A stretch of DNA of 63,891 nt, filler included, from NCBI GenBank assembly GCA_964501035.1. It is 3 parts of 3 records of this genome, joined end to end, with 100 filler letters (N's around TTAATTAATTAA, not from the genome) between each part and the next. Parts side by side here need not be neighbours in the genome. Positions count along the whole stretch, not along the records: positions 1 to 31,086 come from CAZCRK010000015.1; 2 more parts are not named here. The stretch is one strand, 5' to 3'. The position numbers and the translations under genes are program-made. The notes beneath the pieces were generated by a model that was given only the letters and a program-made list of their open reading frames with translations, was not told where the DNA came from and searched no databases. Positions 19,730-29,947 of the stretch are shown here, in pieces (the stretch's first letter is position 1; every line of letters starts with the position of its first letter).

Positions 19730-21046
19730 TTATTCTAAATAACTACTACCTGTACTTGCTGCTGAACCTTCTACCATAACTTGTATACTGTTAACTTTAC
19801 CTTGTATTTCGTTTGCCCATTCAACTAGATTTGTAACTGTAGTTGTTTTACCATTAAGAACAACTTTTTCTACATTAATAGTTTTAGCATCAATAGTAGA
19901 TGCAACCGAAACAGAAGTTCCTGCCATTCCGTAGGACGAAGTACCTGCAACTTTGTCGGGAGCAGTGTAAAACCACGCATCCATCCCCATTGACATTATT
20001 TTTCCGTCAATATCAAAATTAATTTTAGAAAAAGTATTATTAGAAGAAAGAGAAGGAAGATCAAAAGAATAATATTCCCATCCTCTCATACTTAATATCT
20101 CACCAGTACTAACAGTCATAACACCACTACCAAGATAGGGTGTAAGATTGCTTGAATTGCTGGCAGGCCATTCAACAACCACATATCCAAGAGAAGAATT
20201 AAAATCGACAATTTTTCCTCCTTTTAGGGGGGTATTTTTTCCATCACGAACCTTTACGGTTTTGCCAAACTGCTTAGATGAAACGCCAGTACAATCTATT
20301 TTAGTACGAGTTTTACATAAATTTTTAATTTCACCATAAACACTATAATAAGTATTTCCGTATTCCCCGTTCCCACGAAGATTCATTTTTGTTCCAGCAC
20401 GCGACCAACTACTAGAATTATTAACACCACTATTAGTATATTCAGGAACAAATGATATTGCTCCAGCAGGAAGTTGTCTAGAATCTTCTGCAACTATTTG
20501 ACCGCCAGATTGATAACCAATATAATTTATTACTTGACCTGTAAATGGATCATCAGGAGAAACTTGATATATTGGTTTTATTACTTGTGTTGGTTCAGTA
20601 GGTGCAAGGTTTTGTAAAATTCCAGCAGTAGCAGCACTTAAGAAATATATATCATTTCCGCCGCCAGAACCAGTAGAGCCGGGAAATTCATACGATTCTT
20701 TTAGTTTACCTTCTGGATATTTGATTTGACCATTAGTAACAATATTAACAGAAGAATCCGAACCGTAAGGCAATTCTGTTGTAATATCATTAAGTCTACC
20801 AACACTAATATCTTCAATTACTCCCACCACTTCTGAATGTGCAGGATTGTCTGCTTGTGCTGTTACATAATAACCATAAGACGGACTATCAACATCACTA
20901 TCATAACGAACAGCATCGCCTGCTGTAAATCCACCAGAAAATCCAGTAGAATTTAATGTCATAAGAAGTCTTGCACCATTAGAGATGTCATATACATTTA
21001 CATGACCTATGATGTTAGAACTACTATTTGAACAAGAACTCGACAT
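19730..21046 (-). CDS. Virion structural / fibre-associated protein
   Basis: AQAD..HSEVVGVI and YFLS...G.L....PT.P.Q..KP segments paralogous to the next gene. Confidence 0.65.
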   Translation of the reverse strand: MSSSCSNSSSNIIGHVNVYDISNGARLLMTLNSTGFSGGFTAGDAVRYDSDVDSPSYGYYVTAQADNPAHSEVVGVIEDISVGRLNDITTELPYGSDSSVNIVTNGQIKYPEGKLKESYEFPGSTGSGGGNDIYFLSAATAGILQNLAPTEPTQVIKPIYQVSPDDPFTGQVINYIGYQSGGQIVAEDSRQLPAGAISFVPEYTNSGVNNSSSWSRAGTKMNLRGNGEYGNTYYSVYGEIKNLCKTRTKIDCTGVSSKQFGKTVKVRDGKNTPLKGGKIVDFNSSLGYVVVEWPASNSSNLTPYLGSGVMTVSTGEILSMRGWEYYSFDLPSLSSNNTFSKINFDIDGKIMSMGMDAWFYTAPDKVAGTSSYGMAGTSVSVASTIDAKTINVEKVVLNGKTTTVTNLVEWANEIQGKVNSIQVMVEGSAASTGSSYLE

Positions 21047-21061
21047 TTATTTTATCTCCAT

Positions 21062-23434
21062 TTATGAATTCGTCATATTTTCATCTAATTCTGCATCAGC
21101 AACATAATGTGTAGAAATTTGATCCCATAAAACAGACCCACTAGGAACAATAATATACATTCCGTCTTCTGTTATATGTTCTGCTTTAATAGTTGTTGCA
21201 CCAGCAACAGATATTCTTGCTGTACCATCATAACCAAAAGTTCCAGATGCTTTTCTCAAATCAACTTCCGCTGATCTGTTATAAGCATCTCCGGTTGTTC
21301 CAGTTTTCGGTGAATAGAAAGCAACACTACTAGGAATTCCCCTCATTCTTACTGGATATCTAAAATATAAATCTTTCAAAGGAGTAATAGTAAAATCAAT
21401 AACAGTTGGTGTAGGATTATTTAAATCTAACATTGTTTCTGAAGCATTCTTTTGATCTATATTATAACTTCTTTGATAATATCGATTACATTTTTCTAAT
21501 TCGTTTTCAACATCACTCTTGGGATTTGTAGTAGCAACCAATCCTCTTTCGACTTTAACTTTCGTAAGATCCAAAGTTGTTGCAGATAATTTAGTAACAT
21601 CAAAACCCACAGAAATATAATGTTTGCTACCAATTGGTAAAGTGTTGATAGTAGGAACATTAAACGAAATTTCATACTTACCCCAAACACTACCCAAAGA
21701 CACATTAGCAACATCTTTTCTATACACATCTGACCCATCGTATTGATTGACAACAATACCCATTGTTGATCCCGTAACACCACATTTTGCAGCAAACGAT
21801 AGAGTAACATCTTCTCCGCGTGCGGTTCTTACATCTTCAATACGATTTTCAATAACGACAAAATCACCACTATTGCCCGCACCCCCATCAGAAATTGTAT
21901 GCTGTGCTGATAGGTAATATTTCGGATTTCCTGCAACTTCTGTTTGGTTTTTTGTAAATTCGTTTCTTTGTAAAGAATATGTTGTTGGTGTGCTTCCTCC
22001 ACCAGAAATACCATCCAACCTTACCCAACGATCAGCAAAATAAGTTGTTCCTGTCGCACCATAAGATTTTGTTTTTCCTATTCCTCTTTGCCAAACATCA
22101 AATGAACCATTAATTAAAATATTTTCATTAATAGCACTACCATATGTTGCTCCACCAGAAGTAGAAGATCTATACGCCCATGCATTTCCTCCTCCCACCG
22201 GAGAACTATTAAGATTGCCAAAATTAGATCCACTACCAGCACCACCACCAGCATGATTTTGATTTATAACAACACCGCTTCTTGATGAACCCCCAGCAGA
22301 AGCCCATGCTATTGCAAACGGTTTTTGAAACCCACCAACAGCACTGGATGTCAATTGTCCGTTAGAATTTACATATAAAAGACCGGAAGACCCATCATTA
22401 ATAGGAAAATCATCAACAAATCCACTAGTAACAATTTTTATATAATCTGTTCCATCTAAAGTATAACGATGAGTAACAATACCTACCGAATTAGAAACAC
22501 TATTAGTATTACTAGAAACTTTAATCCAACTATTTCCATCATATCCAGCAACAACCCCCCGTATTAAATCTGAATTGGTGGTTTGAATAATAAAGTTATT
22601 ACTATCTTGACCGGCAGTTGCTCCAGTTCCGCCAGTTCCGGTTAAAAATTGACCACGATAATTTAGTACTATTCCTTCGTCCGCAGTAATACCCATTATC
22701 AACGGTTTAGAAATATGACCAGCAATAATAGGTTCTATAGGAGTAAACCCACCACTTATGCCTGGACTTAGGAAATAAACAGTTCCAGCACTTAATCCGG
22801 CATCATGATCATTCGCTTTTGTAAAATCTCCTTTAATTTTTCCGTGCGTGGTAACTTCGATATAAGTATTGTTGGAATTATATGGTGGTTGTGGAATACC
22901 AGATTCCGAAGGCCAAGTAAAACCAGAAACAACCCCGAACACTTCTGCATATTCTTTATCGTCTGCTCGTCCAAGATAATAAGTAGCGTCCCCAGTACAA
23001 CCATAAGTTTTATCAACACGAATAGCATGACCAAAGGAAAATCCGTGCAAAGAACCAGTAAATCCTTCTTCTGGAAATAATCTAACTTTTATAGAATCAA
23101 AATTACTTTTACTAAAATCATAATTTAAAGTTCCATTAATAGAAACATCTTCCGAAAAAGTTATTCCTTTTGGTATAACATCTGCAATACTAACTCTAAA
23201 AGTTCCAGCAGGAAGATCCGGTCCTGAAGTTTCACCACCAACAGGATCATTACCGGCAGTAGTACCCAAAGTAAACACAATACCATCACCAGAAACACCT
23301 CTATATAACTGAATGTTGTTCAGTTTGTTTAGGCCAAGAGTATTATAATGACAAACCCAATCTAAAAAGGTATCATTTCCTTGAAGATATGGTATTTGAT
23401 ATAAATTGTCGTCAGTATTTCCTATACAGGGCAT
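21062..23434 (-). CDS. Tail fibre protein with C-terminal carbohydrate-binding-like domain
   Basis: N-terminal NDTFLDW fibre-type motif; NILINGSFDVWQRG...ADRW...ELEKCNRYYQ domain common in phage fibres. Confidence 0.75.
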   Translation of the reverse strand: MPCIGNTDDNLYQIPYLQGNDTFLDWVCHYNTLGLNKLNNIQLYRGVSGDGIVFTLGTTAGNDPVGGETSGPDLPAGTFRVSIADVIPKGITFSEDVSINGTLNYDFSKSNFDSIKVRLFPEEGFTGSLHGFSFGHAIRVDKTYGCTGDATYYLGRADDKEYAEVFGVVSGFTWPSESGIPQPPYNSNNTYIEVTTHGKIKGDFTKANDHDAGLSAGTVYFLSPGISGGFTPIEPIIAGHISKPLIMGITADEGIVLNYRGQFLTGTGGTGATAGQDSNNFIIQTTNSDLIRGVVAGYDGNSWIKVSSNTNSVSNSVGIVTHRYTLDGTDYIKIVTSGFVDDFPINDGSSGLLYVNSNGQLTSSAVGGFQKPFAIAWASAGGSSRSGVVINQNHAGGGAGSGSNFGNLNSSPVGGGNAWAYRSSTSGGATYGSAINENILINGSFDVWQRGIGKTKSYGATGTTYFADRWVRLDGISGGGSTPTTYSLQRNEFTKNQTEVAGNPKYYLSAQHTISDGGAGNSGDFVVIENRIEDVRTARGEDVTLSFAAKCGVTGSTMGIVVNQYDGSDVYRKDVANVSLGSVWGKYEISFNVPTINTLPIGSKHYISVGFDVTKLSATTLDLTKVKVERGLVATTNPKSDVENELEKCNRYYQRSYNIDQKNASETMLDLNNPTPTVIDFTITPLKDLYFRYPVRMRGIPSSVAFYSPKTGTTGDAYNRSAEVDLRKASGTFGYDGTARISVAGATTIKAEHITEDGMYIIVPSGSVLWDQISTHYVADAELDENMTNS

Positions 23435-23460
23435 AATGTTATAATAATCTCCTTATAGTT

Positions 23461-23468
23461 TATTTATA
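23461..23468 (-). promoter_or_regulatory. T4-type late promoter TATAAATA
   Basis: Exact consensus in the intergenic gap, followed by an AAGGAG RBS. Confidence 0.7.
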
Positions 23469-23472
23469 TCTT

Positions 23473-24465
23473 CTACCAACTAAATATAATTAAATTGTTT
23501 ATATATCGAACAGTTCTTTCGGCCGGATCTATTTTACATATAAGAGATAATTGATTATATATAGAAGGCTCAACACCCCAATCAGCACTAATTGGATTTA
23601 TTTGATAGCGACTTGCACCACACGCAACATCATTTGCAAATCCTGCTGAATTGTCTCCTAAATCTGAATCACACAATGCATCAGGATCATTACAGCAAAC
23701 ATAATTACTACTTTCTAATTTTAATCCAACGGCAATATTATCAGATCCTGACAAGGCAGAAGAAGGAATATTAACTTCATAATTCGGATCTGCTGTAAAA
23801 TCTGTAGCATGGTCTAAAAATATCCAATGTTTTAATCCACTAACATAACTAACATCTGGCGGATTATAAGGAAGTTCTACTAACCACCATCCGGGGTTAA
23901 ATGTAATTTTTAATGTACCAAAAGTATTATTAAAAGAAACTTGAACCGGTCTTCCCATATTATATTGTGCTGCTCCATAAGGGGAATTAAAGGGATGTAA
24001 TGGGCAAGAACCTTTCCACGCTGGGCCAGAAACTGCTTTTGATTTAATATGTCCGGTTCCGTTTGGTCCTCCTCCTATACCAATTCCGCTTTCTGGTATA
24101 GATCCACCAGCAAGATTTCCAGATTGCCCCGGAGGGACATCAGAACCGTCACCAAAATAAGGGGAACTTTCATTCCGTCCCCACCAAACAGGACCAGGAC
24201 CAGAACAAACCCAATTATGCATCATCGAAACAGATAGTGTCATTTGTAATTGAAAATGTTCTTGGATTTCGTTCAATTCTGATGCTTGTAAAGGAAATCC
24301 AGGCCTAAAATTAACAAATTGATAATTTTTAGATTTGTCGGTAAAATCAGTCCCTCCAGAAATTATTAATTCTTGTTCTTCAACACGGCTATTATATGGG
24401 GATTCTGTTAAAGGAAATGATGGGTTTCCTCCTGAATATAAAGGTAATATGCTTCTATCAGTCAT
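23473..24465 (-). CDS. Short VrlC/DUF4815-like baseplate-associated protein
   Basis: FRPGFPLQASELNEIQ...Q motif characteristic of the DUF4815 N-terminus; position after the wedge genes. Confidence 0.7.
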   Translation of the reverse strand: MTDRSILPLYSGGNPSFPLTESPYNSRVEEQELIISGGTDFTDKSKNYQFVNFRPGFPLQASELNEIQEHFQLQMTLSVSMMHNWVCSGPGPVWWGRNESSPYFGDGSDVPPGQSGNLAGGSIPESGIGIGGGPNGTGHIKSKAVSGPAWKGSCPLHPFNSPYGAAQYNMGRPVQVSFNNTFGTLKITFNPGWWLVELPYNPPDVSYVSGLKHWIFLDHATDFTADPNYEVNIPSSALSGSDNIAVGLKLESSNYVCCNDPDALCDSDLGDNSAGFANDVACGASRYQINPISADWGVEPSIYNQLSLICKIDPAERTVRYINNLIIFSW

Positions 24466-24473
24466 TTTTTATA

Positions 24474-26381
24474 TTAAACTCCTCTTCCTGGCCACGATCC
24501 AAGATTTGCTTCAAACAGTATAGTTCTAGCATCAGCAGATACGGGTTTATTTGGTAAAAATGCTCCTGTTAAATCTATATCAGGAGTCTGTTGAACAGTA
24601 TATATTGTAGTTTTTTCGTAATTTATAGGACTACGAGTATTTGGATCTGTTGGTATTTGTATATCAATAAAAGTATAAACATTGCCGTTATCGTCTCTAA
24701 ATGCACTATTAATAATATCTTTCTCAGTCTGACCTCTTGCTTTTATTTCCATATCTATTTGAGAAGAAGATCCGTCTTGTAAAACAGCAGAATTTATACT
24801 AATATAATTAGAAGTACCCGTTAATACAAAATTATTATTTACCAAAGACTTAACACCTTCACTATCAATTGTTGATAAGGCTACGGCTGTTAATTTAATA
24901 TTAAGTCCTATTTCATTTGTTGTGTGGTTCGCGTCACTAAAAACCTTAACACCATCTGATGTTTTTAAAGTTCCTATAGACCAAGAATTTAATTTTCTTA
25001 CTGAGGTGTTATTTGCGATATTTTTAACGGGAATTATTTTTTTAATATATGGAATAACCGAACCAACTATAGTTGGTAATTCATAATGAAAATTTGGTAA
25101 GGGTCCAGTAATTCTAAAATCACTTGCTTCTAACCCCGGGACCATATCATTTAAAATGCTTTTATCAATAGTTGGCGTAGTATCATAACCCGAACCCGGA
25201 TCGATAATTTTTATACCAACAACATGTTGTTTTTTTTCGTTTCCTTCTGTTGCTAATAATATTTTCGCTGCTCGTTTTGAGTTAGCACCAGTTAACGGTA
25301 TAACTTTTTCCTTATTTAACCAAGAATCAGATACCCTTCTGGTTGATGAATTTTTCATTTTATATTCAAAAGACGGTTTTAGCGACATGATTACTCCGCC
25401 AGCATTTGCGGTATGATTTTTAGCAAGAATAGCATTTTTTCTTGCAGTAGAGTTATTAGACAAATGTGAATCATTTAAAATAGCATCCCAATCATTTTTT
25501 GCATTTATTGTACATTTACACGGACCACAATTTATCGGAAAGTTTTCTTCATCGCAACCAACACAATCCCCACCAGTCCCACCAGTAGTTCCAGTAGAAC
25601 CTGCAAACAGATTAAACATATAATCCATCTCTAATTTGTCTGCTATTTCAATACATTTGTAACATTTTGTGCAAGTACATTTATAAAAATCGCCAGCAGA
25701 ATATGTTACACCAGAAATTGCATCATAATAAGGATTTCTGTGATAAAGACAACAAGTTCCGCTTTTTTGTTCTTGACCTGGCCCACAAATAGTAGTTGAT
25801 CTTGTTTTTTTGCTATCCATTTTTCCGCGAACATATTGATCTAATTCATCTTTAATGGTACGAAAAGGAACTTTATTTTGTGCTGATATGGGATTAATTC
25901 CACTCCACCCCACAGCAGCAGTAACATACCACCAACCATTTCGAGTTTTTTGAATTTTTCCATCACCTTCAAGAGGAGTACCCCTTGAAAATGCATATGA
26001 ATTATAAATTCCTTCCCTTCCGTTAGCATTTTCATTAAACAAAGGTATAACATATGCTCCGCCCTGAAGATTATACCATGGTTTATTACTTTCTGGAGTT
26101 GCTTGAGAATCATCACCTCTGTAGAAATCAGGAATTTGTGATGATGCAATATATTTTGATTCGCCCGGATTAAGCGTTGCAACTTTTAATATATCAGATG
26201 GTAATATTTTAGTCGCAAAAACCATATTAGCAATAAAATCTTTTTTACTCTTGGGGGTATTTTGAGCAGCAGCACCTTCTGGTGCAGAATCTCCAAGAAT
26301 TAAAGCCAAAGGTTCTCCCCGTAATTTTTCTATTACGGCTTCGTTGATTTCGGTTGCAATTGTGGGATTATTTCTTACCAT
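24474..26381 (-). CDS. Putative divergent baseplate wedge subunit (gp8 position) with Cys cluster
   Basis: Synteny between gp7-like and VrlC-like genes; IIDPGSGY repeat motif; homology not confirmed. Confidence 0.5.
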   Translation of the reverse strand: MVRNNPTIATEINEAVIEKLRGEPLALILGDSAPEGAAAQNTPKSKKDFIANMVFATKILPSDILKVATLNPGESKYIASSQIPDFYRGDDSQATPESNKPWYNLQGGAYVIPLFNENANGREGIYNSYAFSRGTPLEGDGKIQKTRNGWWYVTAAVGWSGINPISAQNKVPFRTIKDELDQYVRGKMDSKKTRSTTICGPGQEQKSGTCCLYHRNPYYDAISGVTYSAGDFYKCTCTKCYKCIEIADKLEMDYMFNLFAGSTGTTGGTGGDCVGCDEENFPINCGPCKCTINAKNDWDAILNDSHLSNNSTARKNAILAKNHTANAGGVIMSLKPSFEYKMKNSSTRRVSDSWLNKEKVIPLTGANSKRAAKILLATEGNEKKQHVVGIKIIDPGSGYDTTPTIDKSILNDMVPGLEASDFRITGPLPNFHYELPTIVGSVIPYIKKIIPVKNIANNTSVRKLNSWSIGTLKTSDGVKVFSDANHTTNEIGLNIKLTAVALSTIDSEGVKSLVNNNFVLTGTSNYISINSAVLQDGSSSQIDMEIKARGQTEKDIINSAFRDDNGNVYTFIDIQIPTDPNTRSPINYEKTTIYTVQQTPDIDLTGAFLPNKPVSADARTILFEANLGSWPGRGV

Positions 26382-26396
26382 TGATTATTTTGTTCC

Positions 26397-27713
26397 TTAC
26401 ACAGGCCAACAAGGCCCTGCATTTGTATCTGAGTTTGCTGTGCATCCAGTTATGCCTAAATTGGGGCTATCTTTTAACGGACAAAGATATATAAAATCTC
26501 CAATATATATATTCCCAAATGGTATCCTATGTTCTGGTGAACCACTTATACCAGTAGCCCAATCAGGATAGTTGTGAGTGGGTGCATTAAATTCAGCACT
26601 AAGACCGCCACATCCAACACCAGTCCACCCATAACCATATGTCCATCCAGTCATTCCTCCTAAAAGATTTGGATTGATAGAATAAAACATTCCAGTAGGT
26701 CCAGAATAAGTAAAACCACTACCAGAACACCCAACACACAAATTAATAGATTCTCTGTCTCCTAATCTATAAGGAAAATAATTTTCCAATCGAGGAACTT
26801 CACAAAGATTAAATCCACCACTATCATCTTCTGGCGGAATATAATCAGATTCAGTTCTTTCCCAAAATGCCTTCATTCCCGCAGGATGTAACATTTCATA
26901 AATGTTGTCAAAATATATTGGCAACCCGGTTTCTTCATTAACACAATCTATTCCGGTTTTCAGAACATATGAATATTCCTGATACCAATCACTATCTTGT
27001 AATCTATACCTACCGTTTAAATAACTGCCACCAAGATGCCATGTTGGATCATCTTCTTCTATTCCTGTTAATTTTTCGCCAAAAAAATTACCCGTAAATC
27101 CTTCATGGGAAATTTTCCATTTATTCCCAAATCTTCCTCCATTTAAGCGAAGAATGTCTGCTTTGGGATAGAAAAACTCCACTTCAGAACCAGAAACCCC
27201 AAAAAGGGAAGAAAAGAAATATCTATACGCATCTTCAGAACTTTTTCTTTGATAAAATGATTGTCGTACATTTTTAATAAATGTCCGAATATTACTATTA
27301 ACATCTTTAAAACATTCTATATTGCCACCAAAAGTAATACCTTCTCTATCAAAATAATAATCAGGAAATCCTGAGGCGTAAGTATAAGTAAAATGCTTCA
27401 AAAATTCTACTGGAGTGGTATTTATATCCAGCAATCTTCTTAAACCAATTGTATCATATGAAGTTTTATTAAGTTCATAATCAGAAAAATTATATAACCA
27501 ATCATAATATGCTTGAGTAAACTTAACAAGATAATTTTCAGGAACATCTATTTCACTTCTTTGGAGAATCCAAAACGGAAAAAGATGACGAACATCAATA
27601 GAAGATTCTGTTCTTTCTTCTGATAAATTTAAATCTGCATTTATAGATTGATCCAATAGAAGCATTCTATAAAATTCATTTTTATCAGAAGATTGATAAT
27701 GTCCTATAAACAT
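26397..27713 (-). CDS. Baseplate wedge initiator, gp7-like
   Basis: F..AYYDWL, FIKNVRQSFYQRKSSE, LQDSDWYQEYSYVL, LHPAGMKAF motifs; follows gp6. Confidence 0.8.
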   Translation of the reverse strand: MFIGHYQSSDKNEFYRMLLLDQSINADLNLSEERTESSIDVRHLFPFWILQRSEIDVPENYLVKFTQAYYDWLYNFSDYELNKTSYDTIGLRRLLDINTTPVEFLKHFTYTYASGFPDYYFDREGITFGGNIECFKDVNSNIRTFIKNVRQSFYQRKSSEDAYRYFFSSLFGVSGSEVEFFYPKADILRLNGGRFGNKWKISHEGFTGNFFGEKLTGIEEDDPTWHLGGSYLNGRYRLQDSDWYQEYSYVLKTGIDCVNEETGLPIYFDNIYEMLHPAGMKAFWERTESDYIPPEDDSGGFNLCEVPRLENYFPYRLGDRESINLCVGCSGSGFTYSGPTGMFYSINPNLLGGMTGWTYGYGWTGVGCGGLSAEFNAPTHNYPDWATGISGSPEHRIPFGNIYIGDFIYLCPLKDSPNLGITGCTANSDTNAGPCWPV

Positions 27714-27726
27714 AATTATGTTTGTA

Positions 27727-29502
27727 TTAAATAATTCTTTCTAAGGTTAATTCAAATCTTGGCCGTGATACCGTAGAAAAAATTGCTTTGTATAATTTAT
27801 CATAAGGTTCAATTGTTAATATAAATTCACCCTCTTCATTATCTGCTGCAACACCCCGTTCCAATTTAAATTCCCCCATACTTGGATTAAATGTCCCCGC
27901 ACCCAACAAACGAACCAACAAGCCGGTATCTGTAGTATAATAACCCTCAACTTTTTGGTTGCCTTTAGAATCTGGAGATTCTACAACCCTTAATCTTATT
28001 TTTTGATCTGAATTTTCAATTTCATTATATTTTGTACCATATGAAAATTCTGTAGTATACAAGGACGATGTTTTTAATTTATTATAAAACCTAATTGTAT
28101 TTCCTGATTCAAATTTAGGAAATATTTTTCTCTGTATGTTAATATTATAATCGTCTGACACTGAAGAAATTGAAGGATTTGAATTATTAGCAACATTTGA
28201 AATAAATGATGTGTTATATACATTCTCAAATCCGGTAATAAACGAATCAGATAAATCTTTTAACAAATTTCCCATCACCGAATCTCTAGAAAGTTCTGTG
28301 TTCATGGGATCCCAATGAACTGTTCCTCCAACAACTACTTCTACAAAATCGGGATTAATAAATTCAGGCAAAATCGTAACACAAGTTTTTTCCTTTAGCA
28401 ATGCTATAGCATCACCGGCCAACAAAGCCAAATCTTCAGAATTCTCTTCGTTAACCGAAACAAATACTCTTCCGTACATTGGAGGATCCATTTCTTCTCC
28501 ACCCCAGACATTAAATCTCTCAAAGGGATTTGATACATCTGATATGAGTGTTCTTGCTAGTAATGCTCTACAATCTTCTACAGTTACCGCTCTATCTTGT
28601 GCTGCAAACCATTTTGGAGCAAAAAACTTTATTGTATCTAAATTGGGGTCATTTGCTCCACCAGAAGAAAGTGATATGGTTTCATTTGCAGCATTATTAA
28701 AATAATCAATTCTAAAATTTCCTACTCCATTACCATCTTCACCACTACTCTTAATATAAGTTATTCTAACATTATCGTTTTCTGTAATTTGTTTACCTAT
28801 TTGAACTGTTGTACTTGCACCCAAATTCCCCCCAAACACAACAAAGAATCCCAATTCACTTCGTTCCAACCAATAAACTTTACTGGTTTCATTTAACCCA
28901 CTATGAATATTATCTGATTTTGCCCATTCTTCCCATTCAGCAGTCTCTTTATTTTGTACTTCAATCCTAATTGTACTAATATCAGTATCAAGACCAGTTA
29001 AGAAATATTTTTGTGTTTCAACATCAACCAAAATTGGAAATTCTTTAATTAAACTTTTTCCTTCAACAATATTGACAATTTGTTCTCCATCTGCATTTAA
29101 AGAATATTCTTCAATGGTATAAAAAGAATAAGAAACCCCATTAGTATTTTTTCCAAAAAATCTAGTATATTTTGGTATTAATGTTCCTTCTGGAGAAGCA
29201 TGTCTAACCTTTACCTTCGCTCTTGAAGAATATTTTCCGGGAATAACATATCCTAAAGGCTTCACTAAAGAAATTATAGATTCTAATTTTTGTGCAGAAT
29301 CTAAAAACATTTCATTAGCAACCATATTTGTATAATACCCATAATATAAAGTATTATATGCAAGAACATCTAATAAAACTTGCATTGCTGAACCAGCATA
29401 ATCATAATCTTTTAATGTATCTTGAGTTTTGAGATATTCGACAATACTATCTTTGATAGATTCAAAATTTAAACTTCCTAATTGAACATTTGGTGTTGTC
29501 AT
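27727..29502 (-). CDS. gp6: Baseplate wedge subunit
   Basis: LNFESIK, DYDYAGS...LLDVLAYNT, NEMFLDSA, AQDRAVT.ED, WGGEE..PP.YGRVF. Confidence 0.93.
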   Translation of the reverse strand: MTTPNVQLGSLNFESIKDSIVEYLKTQDTLKDYDYAGSAMQVLLDVLAYNTLYYGYYTNMVANEMFLDSAQKLESIISLVKPLGYVIPGKYSSRAKVKVRHASPEGTLIPKYTRFFGKNTNGVSYSFYTIEEYSLNADGEQIVNIVEGKSLIKEFPILVDVETQKYFLTGLDTDISTIRIEVQNKETAEWEEWAKSDNIHSGLNETSKVYWLERSELGFFVVFGGNLGASTTVQIGKQITENDNVRITYIKSSGEDGNGVGNFRIDYFNNAANETISLSSGGANDPNLDTIKFFAPKWFAAQDRAVTVEDCRALLARTLISDVSNPFERFNVWGGEEMDPPMYGRVFVSVNEENSEDLALLAGDAIALLKEKTCVTILPEFINPDFVEVVVGGTVHWDPMNTELSRDSVMGNLLKDLSDSFITGFENVYNTSFISNVANNSNPSISSVSDDYNINIQRKIFPKFESGNTIRFYNKLKTSSLYTTEFSYGTKYNEIENSDQKIRLRVVESPDSKGNQKVEGYYTTDTGLLVRLLGAGTFNPSMGEFKLERGVAADNEEGEFILTIEPYDKLYKAIFSTVSRPRFELTLERII

Positions 29503-29503
29503 A

Positions 29504-29905
29504 TTATCTTACCTTTGTCAGTGCTATAGTGATAGAATCGAAAATAGGAGAATCTGTACCATTTAAAATATAATAATCTACTCTAATGTTGATTTCGTTG
29601 TTGTCAATATTATTTGGAATAATTAAAAGATTATCCAAAACAACTCTAGGTTCAAATTGACCCAAAGCAACATCAACATCATCTTTTAATATTACTTCAT
29701 CCAGTATAGAAAAATTTTCAAATAACAAACTATGAATACCAACACCAAAACTTCTCCTAAACGGTTTTTCTCCCGGTAAAGTTAAAATAATATTTTTAAT
29801 TGATTGTTGCACAGCACCCTTATCAATTTTCATAGCAACATCATTAGTAAAATCATTTTTACTAAAATCTATATCAAAATCCGAATATTTATAATTATTA
29901 GGCAC
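29504..29905 (-). CDS. gp25: Baseplate wedge protein (GPW/gp25 family)
   Basis: YSDFD, AVQQSIKNIILT.PGEKPF...FG, FEPRV; likely GTG start after an AGGA RBS. Confidence 0.92.
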   Translation of the reverse strand: MPNNYKYSDFDIDFSKNDFTNDVAMKIDKGAVQQSIKNIILTLPGEKPFRRSFGVGIHSLLFENFSILDEVILKDDVDVALGQFEPRVVLDNLLIIPNNIDNNEINIRVDYYILNGTDSPIFDSITIALTKVR

Positions 29906-29922
29906 CAATTTTCCTTTCTTTT

Positions 29923-29930
29923 TATGTATG
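29923..29930 (-). promoter_or_regulatory. Putative late promoter variant CATACATA upstream of gp25
   Basis: Same TACATA core as upstream of gp13; intergenic. Confidence 0.4.
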
Positions 29931-29947
29931 CAATTTGTTGCGAAAAT

